A stretch of 63,941 bases of DNA, the filler included, from Rhabdomonas costata (Eukaryota), in the NCBI GenBank assembly GCA_019059605.1. It is 32 parts of 32 records of this genome, joined end to end, with 100 filler letters (N's around TTAATTAATTAA, not from the genome) between each part and the next. Parts side by side here need not be neighbours in the genome. Positions count along the whole stretch, not along the records: positions 52,038 to 53,944 come from JAHMHO010007608.1; positions 54,045 to 55,944 come from JAHMHO010007609.1; positions 56,045 to 57,944 come from JAHMHO010007610.1; positions 58,045 to 59,943 come from JAHMHO010007611.1; positions 60,044 to 61,942 come from JAHMHO010007612.1; positions 62,043 to 63,941 come from JAHMHO010007613.1; 26 more parts are not named here. One strand, 5' to 3'. Below the pieces are notes generated by a model, which saw only the letters and a list, made by a program, of their open reading frames with translations, made no database searches and was not told the DNA's origin. How positions within the stretch are numbered: the stretch's first letter is position 1; each line of letters starts with the position of its first letter. A program made the position numbers and the translations under genes. Positions 52,343 through 63,941 of this stretch are shown piece by piece.

Positions 52343-53887
52343 TCAGAGGCAAGCGGGCAAAGATATCCCAAGAAGAGGGGAGGACGCAAGTTGGGAGGTG
52401 GCGAAAGCAGAGCCTTTGCGACAGGTGTACTGCAGAGACTGCAACACAGTGCTGTAGGGAAAGCGCCCCGTGTCAGTGTCGTCCTCCACGTCACCCACTG
52501 CCACATGCAACACACATATACACACACAACAACACATTTACCCCGCCAGCGGAAACCTGTCCAGCAGAGGGAGGCCAAAGCAGCAAGGGCGAACCGCTTA
52601 ACACTATTTTCGTACCTTGCACTCTGGCAACTGACCTAACCAAATGCCGTGATCACATTCGCCTGCAAAGTTCAGAAATTGATTGCCATCCCTGGCTATA
52701 GCATACCCCAAAAGGGCAAGCCCATGAACGGGTGCATAAAAAGAAGGAAGTGGACCAAAAACAGGTGAAAATGGCGCCGTCTGTACCTGCAAAGTAGCAG
52801 CAACCCACGACGGCCATGGCACGGACCATGGGCCACCGCACAAAGAGCTCCGCTGCGGCCGGGCTGAGCTCCCCGCAGCCATGCAAGCTGACTAGCACAG
52901 CGGCCGCGGCGGAAGGGTCCGTGGAGGGCAGCAGGACCCCCTGCTCCCGCAGCCACGACAGCAGCTACAGAAGCGTATGCACGGCAGTGACAAAGCGAGC
53001 GCAGATTGCTGGGATTCCAACACAATATGAACAGGGGGTTAGGAGACGAGCAACGAGCGGGGGGAGTGTCCTCCTCAGCAAGGTTTTTAGAGCTGACGAT
53101 GAACACGTCCACTCAAGCACGTCACGCCTCTAATTTATTTTGCTTTTAGCTGCATCTTGTAAAGTATAGAGAACTGGAGCGAAAGAACAGGCAGCACCCG
53201 ACTCACAGAGGCAGTGATGAAAAACTGCTTTTCATTTTGCCGCAAATGGGTCCTACGGCGGTTCAGGAGAGGACACCTTTCCTCCTCAAGGTGCAACCAT
53301 CAGAAGACTGCCTTTGCAGCAGGAATTAAGGAAGAAAGACTCAGAGAGGTGGAGAAGATAGTCACACTTCTACCCCTTCCCTCATCCATCCCGCAAACCT
53401 GACTCTCGGGGATCTGCGGGGTGATCACTGCGGCAATGTGGTGCACCCGCTCCGCACAGCGCTTCAGCACGGCGCGGCCGTCCTGGACGCCCACCCCAGA
53501 CCTGCCATGATTCCTTTTCAGCGATTTCTCCTCCGCTTCCTCCCCAGCGTCCTCAGCGACTGCCCTGTCCTCAACTACATCCATGCCACCCACACCGCGT
53601 CCTCCGTCCCCCGCAGTGCGGGAAACCTCATCCAGTTCAGGGTTGCCCTCCTCCTCGGGCAACTGTGCTCCATCGGGCCCTACACAAGACGCCCCAGGTG
53701 CAGCCACTGCTTCGGCAGGGCCTGCTTCCGAGGTGGGAGCAGGCCCCTCAGCGGCGGCAAGCGTGTGTCGCATTCGGTAGCGGATCACACTGGAACGCTG
53801 CTGCGCCCCTGCGATGTTGCTGGAGCTGCTGTCCACGGCAAGCACCCGACAGCGGAAGTGGTATGCCAACGCGGTGGAGAGATATCC
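52343..53887 (-). CDS. METTL25: METTL25-like methyltransferase (Methyltransf_32), partial
   Basis: GT-AG exons 53887-53399, 52964-52787 and from 52497 give GYLSTALA...VLAVD, LVSLHGCGELS, VVGCCY and GRFPYS, matching the METTL25 GLHxCGDL / VGCCY / FPxS motifs. Confidence 0.8.
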
Positions 53888-53893
53888 CTATCC

Positions 53894-53942
<49 letters not shown>

Positions 53943-54435
53943 AANNNNNNNNNNNNNNNNNNNNNNNNNNNNNNNNNNNNNNNNNNNNTTAATTAATTAA
54001 NNNNNNNNNNNNNNNNNNNNNNNNNNNNNNNNNNNNNNNNNNNNTTTGTTTGGTGGGTTGGAGGCTAAACACTACCAAAGGCTCTTTTGAACGTATTTGG
54101 CTTTTGTGTATTCTTGAAATGGTTTGTTTATTTTTGGACGTATTTGGCTTCCAGAGCAGGACTCTGAGTTGGGGATCCGTGTGTGGGTGATACTTTGTTT
54201 AGCAGTGCTAAACGCGCGAACCTGTCACTTTCTTTGGGGATGCTGTCTCAGGGCTTGGGTTGGTCATGCGGTTTTTTAATTCTTAATTCTTAATTCCATT
54301 TGAAGAGGATCAAATTTTTTTTTTGGCTTGTCAGGACCACCCCCAACCAACACGTGCCAACCCAAACAAAATGGACGGAAAAAATGTCCTTGACTTTGAA
54401 GTTAAACGATGAGGGCGACCGTCTTTCGGGTTCAG

Positions 54436-55632
54436 CTGCTGGCTTCTCGTGGTGTGGCTGGGGTTGGGCGTGGCTGGCTGCGCGCTGAGCATGGCCACCA
54501 CCACCTGGGTGCAGGTGGCCCTGCTGATGGCGTACCTTGTGGTGCGACGGCCGTACGACCCGCGAACCTGGCCGGGTTGGAGCAGGGCCTGCCTCCATGG
54601 CTGGGGCGAGGTGTGGCTCTGCTCCTGACCGTGGAAATAGGTTGAGTTTGGGCTGGGTCCTAGAAATGCGAAAAGTCAGAACGAGTCAGGCTCCCTGCTC
54701 TGTGCTTCCCAAACCCAGCCATCACTGACGGATGCTTGCTCGTGGTTCTGCATTTTTGGGGTCCGAAGTTGACCCAGGGAGCCCTTTTAACATCCTAAAC
54801 CCGCTGCCAAGTCCAACAGGCGTCATTTTGGTTCCCTTTTCACCTTTACCACTATTGTCGGGCAAACACAATATCTTATTTATGCTCCTTGGTCCGTGTC
54901 ATGTCAAAGGTGGCATGCAAAACAAAACCAGTAAAAACGTCGTTCAGTCCCAGAAAAGCTGCCCTGAACCCAGGATGCACAGAAGCAAAGCGAGCGTCCA
55001 AGAAAGTGTCACTAAGCGAGTGTTCCTCTCGTGTTTGCCATTTGCTCGTCCTCGTTTATTTGTTCTTCTGCCTTGATTGTTTCCACTTCTCTCGTGTCAT
55101 GCCTTAGTAAGGTATTGCTTCTTGTAAACTGTGTCAGTGCGGTTATTGCTTGTGCAATGTAAGCTCTTAAGTTGAGGTTACTTTCATCGGTTAGGTTCTG
55201 TTCTTTTTCGCAGCACTCCCTTACTGCCACCCTGGAACGAGTCGATCATGGGTTGGTGAACATTTCCCAAAATTGCTGGCCGAATACCAAATGCTTCGAC
55301 ACTTCTAAGTGACGGGCCTGTTATAATAGCTTGTATCACAAAACAACTCAATGACAGGTAATCATTTTTCACGGGTGAGGGAGATTTACGCTTGCCAGAT
55401 GTGCAAAGTCGCATGGAAAAGCAGTGTTGCTGTTAGGTCCCAAGTGGAGCGTCAAAGGTCCCCTGCCTCGCTTTTCCACACGCTTCAGTACCTTCGCTTT
55501 GCTCTCCCTGGGGCGGCGATGAGCATGTTGGAGTGGGTCTCCATCGAGGCCACCGCCTTCCTTGCAGGGCATCTGGGCCCTGCCGAGCTTGCCGCGCACA
55601 GCGTGTTCACATTCCTTGGCCCCAACTTGCAG
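54436..55632 (+). CDS. MATE (SLC47/DTX-type) efflux transporter, internal exons
   Basis: Exons 54436-54610 and 55489-55632 give LGLGVAGCAL...TWPGWSRACLHGWGE-YLRFALPGAAMSMLEWVSIE...LAGHLG..ELAAHSV. Confidence 0.9.
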
Positions 55633-58329
55633 GTGCGGTGCCAGAGGAGAAGGATTCCTTGCGGTGCGATGACTCCGTATCGTCATGCACCATGTGAGCG
55701 ACACCACCCAGCGCACATCGTGCATCTCCTGCTGCCCGCATTTTCGGACAGTTTTGCTCACTACAAGTGGGCGTTGCGCATTGACTTGAGGACCTTTGGG
55801 GAATCACATCTGCGCACAATTCTTGACACAAATTGACCCTGTACCACAAAACCCCTTGGCTCCAATGACGACTTTGCACAACTTTCGCACAGCCTCCTCG
55901 ATGACGAAGAAAACAAGCAGGAACAGCTCACCCACCACCCCAACNNNNNNNNNNNNNNNNNNNNNNNNNNNNNNNNNNNNNNNNNNNNTTAATTAATTAA
56001 NNNNNNNNNNNNNNNNNNNNNNNNNNNNNNNNNNNNNNNNNNNNTTTCTCACCTGCATCACATTTTTTCAACTGCAAGGACAACCTAAGGTTCGACAATA
56101 ACTTCCAATGATAGTAGAAACTGAAACATTGGCATGTTGCGTAGACTCGAGAAATGAATACACAAGTGAGTGAGGGTGAACTACCCCAGATGGGACTTGA
56201 GATCGAGAGAAGTAAGGTGGAAGCACGAAGCTGTTGACCGCGTGAGCTATGTCAAATGAAAAGAGAGGATCGATCATTGCGTATCTGTGTATTCCAACTT
56301 ATCCCCAGAAAACATCCAGGCACGAAAACCCCCCTCACCCACCTCTTTGTGTTGTACGTTACACCGTAACCTCAGAACTGCATCATACCACATGGCTGTA
56401 TTTAAACACATATTATTATTATCTTTACCTACCGTCTCATAAAACAGCCGGTTAGAGAATTGACAATTCGCTTCAAAATATCAATACAATCACAGAATCC
56501 CCCGGAAAAAATCGCGCCTTCGGAGCAGTAGTCTCTTCGCAGCATCCCATATCTAACTGCCTTTTAGGTTTTAGGTCAAGAAAACTGTCCACATATCATG
56601 TACACAGACAGCGGCATTTCTACAGGCTAAAAAGACTTCGAATGGAATCCGTCACATACCATTTTCTGAGTTCCCGGGTGTAACTTAACTTACTTGATAT
56701 TTGGGCGAAACCTTTATATTTTACTGTACATTTGATTAGGTCCCGTTAGTAACCATGGAATATCACATAACGGCAGATGGCAAAGTGCCACCGAATCACA
56801 AGTGGAGGTGTTATGTGAACCTTCCAACTCGATAAGGTGGAATCAGCTTCAAGCTTTGGCACCGCTATCGATAATACGTTGCAGTACAGGGCCATGTGTG
56901 GAAAAGCCTATGTGATGTGTTCCGGCGTCATTCTAATCAGGAACGTCTTCTCTTTGTCTACATGTACCGAAACGTTGAAAATAGCACACGTGAAAACACG
57001 TTGGTTTGAATGTATTTAACACAATCTAGCTGTAAACAATTTCAGACACCACCCCACTCTTCTTTTCACCACAAAATCTTCCTACATGGCCTTGTTGGTT
57101 CGAAGAAATAAGAAACATTGTTCTTATGGTTCTTGTTACCTCGTTGACATTTCCTCATGGGCTTAACTGGTCCAAAGCTGCAGATGCGTGGAGACTGTCA
57201 ATGTGGTTAACCCGGCAGATTACTTGTAATCAAAACTGGAACAAAATTTCAAGTCGAGGCTTGTTACATTAAATGACATAGAGCATCTAGGGCTCTTCAC
57301 GCATGCCTATGCAACCGACGGAGTCCACTGCGGCTGGCAGGAATGGCAGAGGGCAAACAAATGGATTGACCAGAATTACAAGAGCAATGTTAGCCGCATA
57401 AAGCAGACTCCGGTACATCATCAGCCTCATTAAGAGGTCCCAGAAACAAGCTTCCTGGTATCTAAGGCAGCACTGAAGTCCATGGTGCCATTACACCAGT
57501 TGTGGGATCAGGACAGCTCTTTCAAAGATCTGTGGAGTCCCCGGAGAAACTGTTATAATCCGGAAGTAGCGATTCCAAGTGCCTATGTATTTCAGCCACG
57601 TCAACCGATCAGTACAGCAGGTTGTGGAGGTTGTGGAGGAGGTTAAGGCTGCACAATGTAGGATGGAAAGTAGCCCATGGCACGCTCAAGATGGTTTTGC
57701 ATCAAAGAGAGAGAAAAACGTGGAAATTCCGAGAGTTCCAGTGTAGTAGTCAAGCTGTGTAAGTGTTTTGAGCTGACGTTAAGGTGGTTTAGATTGGCGT
57801 GCAGCCAAGAGAGGTTCAGCGCACCAGAATGGCTGCATCCCAAAATATAAATAAAGGCCAATGTTGCGGGAAAATAGCAGACGTTTGGCAGATTCACTGA
57901 GTGGTTCCAGATTAGGTCCAGTTGCGTCATGTTGAATCCCACCCNNNNNNNNNNNNNNNNNNNNNNNNNNNNNNNNNNNNNNNNNNNNTTAATTAATTAA
58001 NNNNNNNNNNNNNNNNNNNNNNNNNNNNNNNNNNNNNNNNNNNNTTTGCCAAAGACATTGTCTCATTTCCTTCATCTGCCACCCTTCCCCTTCCCATAGG
58101 ACAGGTGTATACCAGGTACAGCATGTGAATAGCCAACAGAACCAATGCCTTTGGCAAATCATTACTTGAACGATCCCCACTTCTGGAAATACCCCTGCAG
58201 CGGGGGTTACGGTGGGGGGTGAGTAAGGGTGGACAGAGCTTGATGCAGCTGCAGTGTTCAAGCGAATGTAGTGGAAGCAAGTGCGCAAAGGATCAGAGAA
58301 CAGAAGTCTTCAGCCACAGGCCTCGAAAC

Positions 58330-59739
58330 CTGCATCTCTGCGATTTTGAAAGGAACCGCAGCCATGTACAGCACGCGGACGAAGTCACGGCCAATGCCAC
58401 AGCAAGCCTTCCACTGCTGCCGCAGCAGGGTTTGCAGAAAAGTGATGGTCAAAGCCTGAGAAAAGAGGACCGAAGCGCCATTTACTCCCCCGCAGCATCA
58501 CACTCCATGGTAAAGGCAAGGGTGCACCCCCATTCATACACGTTTCGGAATTGAGACAGGTGATTAAAAAGCTGCCCTTCTAATGCACTCCCCTCCAAAC
58601 ATTCCGTTCCCATCATTGGGGTGTCATCAACATTCGGGTCGCTCTATTTCTTCTCTTGTTGTCGCCAGTGCTAACTTTGGGGATACAGTGACGATCAGGG
58701 CAGAAGCCCCGAAAGCACATCCTGCCCCCTTTGCTTTTGAGAAACCAGCCCGAAGGCGGTCTCTTTCTCTGTGCCCGAACAAAGTCAAGCACATTGAAAA
58801 AGGGGACAAGGAACCTCCTTACTCTAATTCTGCAAAGTAATCTCTGGAGTTTATTTATTACGTTTTTGTGAGTGTCCCTATTAGCGTCCAATGGAGTGAG
58901 AATGTGGGGGTAGACACCAGGGAGTTTCCAGAGGAAGCACGGCTGTGAGTGCCTAGCACGCACAGCGCCGAGTACACTGCCACGCATAGCACATGGCTGC
59001 GAGAGGGCTGGTACAGCCATGGTAGCTGCCGAAGCAGAACGGACAGTAGCTCAGACCACACCCCTTGGCCCTTCTCACTGACGTCCCCTGCTTGAACTCC
59101 TCGGAATAGACCAACCACCAGCCGGTCTGCAAAAAGCGGATGAGGACTGGAAGGAATACATCACTCGGACATATGCATTAAAGAATGTACCGCATTATTT
59201 CTTTTTCTGTGGTGGTTGCTCTTTCGTCTCACTCACGCGCGCCAAAACAAAGAGCCAAAGTGGACGTCGTCGGCAGAAACAAAAATTGCAAAGAAACAAA
59301 AATTGCACACCTGCACATGGATGCCAGTTTCTGTAACCAACGCGCGCACAAGAATTGTACAATGCAGCGACGAGGTGTAGGGGTGTACATTGTGGTAATT
59401 GTCCTTTTGCAATCGACGACACGAGAACATCCCGCAGCTGATGAGCGCAGATTTATTTTACTTGTCCTCATCATGCACGGATGCCGAATGCAGTGTGGCA
59501 TAATGGCAGCGTGGCATAATTCTCCAATCAGAAAAAATTCGCAAAGAGCATCGAAAGCAGAATTTGGGTAGAGGGCTAAGCCGAAGCACGCCTGGGGTCT
59601 TTGTATATACAGCATGGACAATGTCATTACTCAGACGGAACCCACACAAGCAGTGGGGTCGCGCACCTGCACCAGGAGTCTCCATCCCAACTAACTCGCC
59701 GACAAGCCATACAAGCTGGACTGCGGACGGAACCCGCAG
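58330..59739 (-). CDS. INTS3: Integrator complex subunit 3 (INTS3/SOSS-A) homolog, N-terminal exons
   Basis: GT-AG exons 59739-59667, 59126-58918 and 58455-58330 give QLVWLVGELV...GADRLVVGLFRGVQAGDVSEK...VAVYSAL...LLRQQWKACCGIGRDFVRVL. This aligns by recall to human INTS3 QLVWLVRELV..GADG..QIAGGDVT..AVYTYL..LLRERFMECLMIGRDLVRLL. Confidence 0.8.
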
Positions 59740-60428
59740 CTTGTGAAACTTGGCAAAGGCGAGAATCTGACAGAATGAATTCAGGACAACGAAAAAATCA
59801 TTGCTGGCACACCAGCGTGCAGGTGGGCGGACGGTGTGTCAGCCTACAGTTCTTTCTTTTATCAGTATGTAGGCCTGCAAAGAGCCAAAAGAGGCCCTTG
59901 CCAGCATTTGCCAAGGCAAAAGGGCTCAAAAATACCCAAAAACNNNNNNNNNNNNNNNNNNNNNNNNNNNNNNNNNNNNNNNNNNNNTTAATTAATTAAN
60001 NNNNNNNNNNNNNNNNNNNNNNNNNNNNNNNNNNNNNNNNNNNTGTGGGTTTTACTTTTGTGCCCAGGATTTTATCTCTTTTTTTTTTTTTGTTTTCTTT
60101 TTGACATGTTGACGCTCTACGATGTTCTGGAAATCGCTTAGAATCATTCCCAGCGATTTCCACAACATCGTAGAGCGTCAACATGTCAAAAAGAAAACAA
60201 AGAAAAAAAAAGAGATAAAATCCTGGGCACAATAGTAAAGTAACGCCTTCCAAAACATCCAAACATCATCAATATTGGATCGAGAATAAACCAGTTCTCT
60301 GTATGTAAAGTTTCCATTCAGCGGTACGGTAAAGGGTTCATTTGTGTGTTCCCTTCTCGCTCGCAAATTCACATGTTTTTATGACCGAAGAAAGATTTAT
60401 GTTTTTTGTTTTTTCCCTTTTTTTTCAG

Positions 60429-61833
60429 GCAGCCTATCGCTGTGCGGGTGTCGGTCCTTCACGCTGAGCCAATGGCTCTGGCTGGACCCTTCTCAGCTCT
60501 CTGCTGCGCTGCGCTCACTGGCCAACGAGTCCTCTGGTGACACATCTTCCAGCAACGTCTCCAAACCAGAGGCAGGGTTTTTCCTTCTTCACAGTGATGC
60601 GCACTATGGTAGCTGGCAATGGTTTTTGGCGATCCCCTCCGTCACCACTGCAACCCTGCCTGTAACCTTTCAGATGGGCTTCACAGGTCTCGACAACAGC
60701 ACGTTTCTCAGCGATGCCTTTTCCATTAACTTCTCTTCGGGTATCAAGCTTGGCGTCGCAGCGGATGCCTCAACCTTCAGCCTGTCCTTCACCGTCAACC
60801 AAGTCGTCATTTCCACTCACTGGTGGGGCAGTGGAGAAGCCATGGTCACGGCCGACGATGAGCCCTGCGCTGTCTCCGCGTCGGTCACGGTAGGTGGTCA
60901 ATTCGCAGTTCCCCCGCCCACAGCCAGCCCCCGTGTCCCCGCTGTGCTGCTGCCAACTCCTGGGCTCTTCGGGCCCACCCTTCTGCGGTGTGACGCTGTA
61001 CCCCTGTTTGGTCTCCTTACTCTTTCGGGAGCGCTTGCCGAGCTGCCTTTGCTTGCTGTACCCGTATCTGAACCCGCCGCGAGGCCCAGTGACAGTGCCT
61101 GCTGGTGGGGAACCGTGTTCAGCAACACCACTCAGAATTGCTCACTCTGCCCAGCAGCGGATGGGCTGGTGCGAGGCTCTCGCTCTCCTCGCACCTCTTT
61201 GCAAGATTGTCTGTGCTTAACTTCAGAGGTGCCCGTGTGGGGGCCACGGTCGTGGACTGCCCCACTTTGCCAGGCTGCCACCGAACTACCCCTGGTCGAA
61301 GATCAGGGCTTGCTCCTGCTCTTACCGCCCTCCAATCAATCCTACCCCTCAGGCACAGTAGTCGCCGCCACCGTGAACCTCACCGCACTTCGCAATCGCT
61401 CTGTGGATTTTCGCCTGGTCGTCTCGAGCTGCAGCTGTGTGGCGAGGTGGTCTGGCCTGCTCGAGCCGGCACAGGCAGGTGCCGCAGCATGTGAGCCATA
61501 CCTCGAGGCGTCTGCCGCCCCAGTGGCCCGTGTGGTGCTGCGTTCGGGGTACCCTGCGGGGCATCGCTGCACCATCATGTTCACAGTGGAGTTCGCTGCT
61601 TACTTTCCGGTGAGTTACGCTGAGGTGTTCACTGTGCTGCCCGTCGCGCAACCTCTGGATGAAGCCAGAGTTTTTCCCCCGGTTGAATTCTGGGGGACAG
61701 ATCAGGCCGCCCTGAACAGCTCGGCGACTCTGCCCCCTGCCGTGATGCTCCACATTATGGAGTACAACATTTCCGGCAATAGCTCACTTGCCTTTGACGT
61801 GCAGAATGCCATCTCGAGCGCAGTGGTAATGAG
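60429..61833 (+). CDS. Large exon of a probable extracellular protein (beta-rich and Cys-rich regions)
   Basis: A 1.4-kb open exon between TTTTTCAG and AG|GTATTT. It has many NxS/T sequons, an FTLSQW motif and CxxG...CxxCP...CxC. Confidence 0.7.
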
Positions 61834-62375
61834 GTATTTTTCTTTTTCTCGCGCACTCGCTATCCCTTGAATTCTAGTTATCTGTTTGCCCCTTCAAAGT
61901 GCGGATAAGAGCCCTCCCAGAAAATCTTTTCCCCACAACCCCNNNNNNNNNNNNNNNNNNNNNNNNNNNNNNNNNNNNNNNNNNNNTTAATTAATTAANN
62001 NNNNNNNNNNNNNNNNNNNNNNNNNNNNNNNNNNNNNNNNNNTGTGGGGAGGAGGCTAAGGGACCAAACAATGCGACGGTTTTCGGGAACGCCCGGCAGA
62101 GGCCAACATGGCATCTAAATTAGTTTGTTAGAACCCCTCCTACATCTGCGTTGCCCCAATCCAATCGCCGATCGACAATCGTGCAGTTAAGCGCAGAGAC
62201 CGTCTTCATTTTTCCTCCACCACACCAGCGCTCCCTTGAGCGAGCGGGTAATTAAAGCGCAGATATCTCCCCCGGCATTGCTTCACATACCCACCCACTT
62301 CCCAAGAACACGATAACTCTCAAACCCATGTATCACCGAATGACTCCCAACACATGCGCAGATTTTCAGCGACAC

Positions 62376-63548
62376 CCGTGCAGCATTCGTTGCGGGCACA
62401 GCTCAGGTAGTAGCAAGTAATGCTCTCGGCATTCGCTGTGTAGCCCTCAGGGCAGGTATAGCTGCTGCACTTCGGGTTGGGTGTGAAGAAGCGTGGAACA
62501 AACATCAGCATCACACGAAACAATATTAACGAATGGTGCGAGAAGGCAGACACACGTCGATTACGATTCTAATTCACAATAGAAACCAACACCCCCCGGG
62601 CAGGGGAGAGTTGATGAGAGGCCCCCAAGGCTACGCCACAAACGCATCAACGCGAAATACTCATATACTCATTCATGTGCGTGGCGCCAACACAGTTAAA
62701 TGTCCAACGTCAAAGGTTCTCCATATGGAACCGCTCGAAAGAAAGTGAGGCAGGCAAAAAAGAAGGGATATTGTTAATGCGCACGTGCAGGCATAGCATG
62801 GGAATTAGGAGTTGACATCAACGCGAGAAAAAAAATGGCGCCGACAGCAAAGCTTACCTGTGCAGCACTCGGCCTGGCTGCATGAAAGAGAGCTGCAGAC
62901 TGTGCTGGCGCTGCTGGCAGTGTGGCCCGAGGGGCAGGTGATGGTGCTACAGGTCGGGTTGCCTGTCGCGTGCATTGAGATACCCACAAAACAGCGAACT
63001 GAGCCATCCAGCACGTCTTCCACCGCTTTGGTACATGACCACGACAGTGCAACTGAGGACTTGAGACCGTTACATCTCTACGGGCATTTGAATTTCAGGA
63101 CCCGTGTATTTTGTCATGGCAGTGCCAAATCACGAACACTTTCCCACTTAACAGCGATATGCAGGGTGTAAAATCTTGAACATTTTTCAGTAGTGATATG
63201 GTCTGTCTCATGTGAGAGTTTTTCATGCAAACATCAAACAGTCAAAACCCTGAAGAAAATATCAGCATCAAAACGAACCGTTTCCTTGAATGGCCTTTAA
63301 GCTATCACTGCCCACATTGTGGGTAATTTTCGGAAGCGTAGACGCTTTTCTGGTATAAAAACGGCACCCCATTCACAAATTGATTTTGGGGGCGGGGAGG
63401 GTAACACAAGCTCTGCTCGGCGCGAAAAAGACAGGTACACCAATGCAACAGTCTGCTTGGCTGCACGACAAGGAAGAGCAAACCGTACTCGCCCCTTTCA
63501 GGCTGTGGCCCGAGGAGCAACCGAAGCTGTCACCACAGCTCGGGTTCG
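62376..63548 (-). CDS. Cys-rich tandem-repeat protein, one 6-Cys module per exon
   Basis: Phase-1 exons 63548-63441, 62962-62858 and 62480-62376 each encode NPxC(x4-5)C.xG(x8)..C...SC...xCC. Confidence 0.8.
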
Positions 63549-63941
63549 CTGAGGTATTGATAAAGAAATTCCGCAAGCGCCGGCTTCAAAAAAGAAAAGG
63601 AATCTCACGAGACTGAAATATCCAGGCAAAAGTGCAAAGGGACAAGAGAAACTGCAGGTTTTCAGGCTGCGGAAGAGAGGGTGGTGCGATCATTGCGTGC
63701 AATGGTGTCGACGATGCATGTGTGTATGTACTATGTACTACTGACTTTCTCTTCCTATTTTTTTTTCGCGAGCCAAGTGTGCGCTAGCGTTCCACTTCAG
63801 CACCAGATTTGGAACCACCACCGGAGTAAAATCCCTGCGGAACCGAACGCACGCCGCACTTCTCGCGGCTTTTCACATGCCTCGGGTTTCCCAACGCAAT
63901 CACACGCATCGTGCATGATATCAACCGCTTCGCATGCTCTC

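Overview
This window is not one locus. It is 32 unrelated ~1.9 kb contigs joined by N-TTAATTAATTAA-N linkers about every 2 kb, so nothing can be inferred from adjacency across linkers. The DNA is from an intron-dense eukaryote. The farnesyl-diphosphate synthase resembles trypanosomatid FPPS as I recall it, and introns are frequent and mostly GT-AG, which points to a free-living euglenozoan, probably a euglenid (inference). I rebuilt exons by hand for a histidine kinase, FPPS, an EF-hand protein, a MAP2K, a kelch protein, a PMCA-type Ca2+-ATPase, a CBS protein, an AI-2E transporter, an AcuI/YhdH reductase, DBP2/DDX5, a DM10 (EFHC/RIB72) protein, an ankyrin protein, METTL25, a MATE transporter, INTS3 and Cys-rich surface proteins. 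A decayed Ty3/gypsy pol is also present. The most notable items are a circular or tandem 1772-bp element with an AT-rich cassette and no recognisable gene, two strongly base-paired ~0.5 kb non-coding regions, candidate non-canonical splice sites, an intron-containing bacterial-type AcuI and an INTS3 homolog. Most short six-frame ORFs are spurious. All protein calls come from recalled motifs, not database searches.
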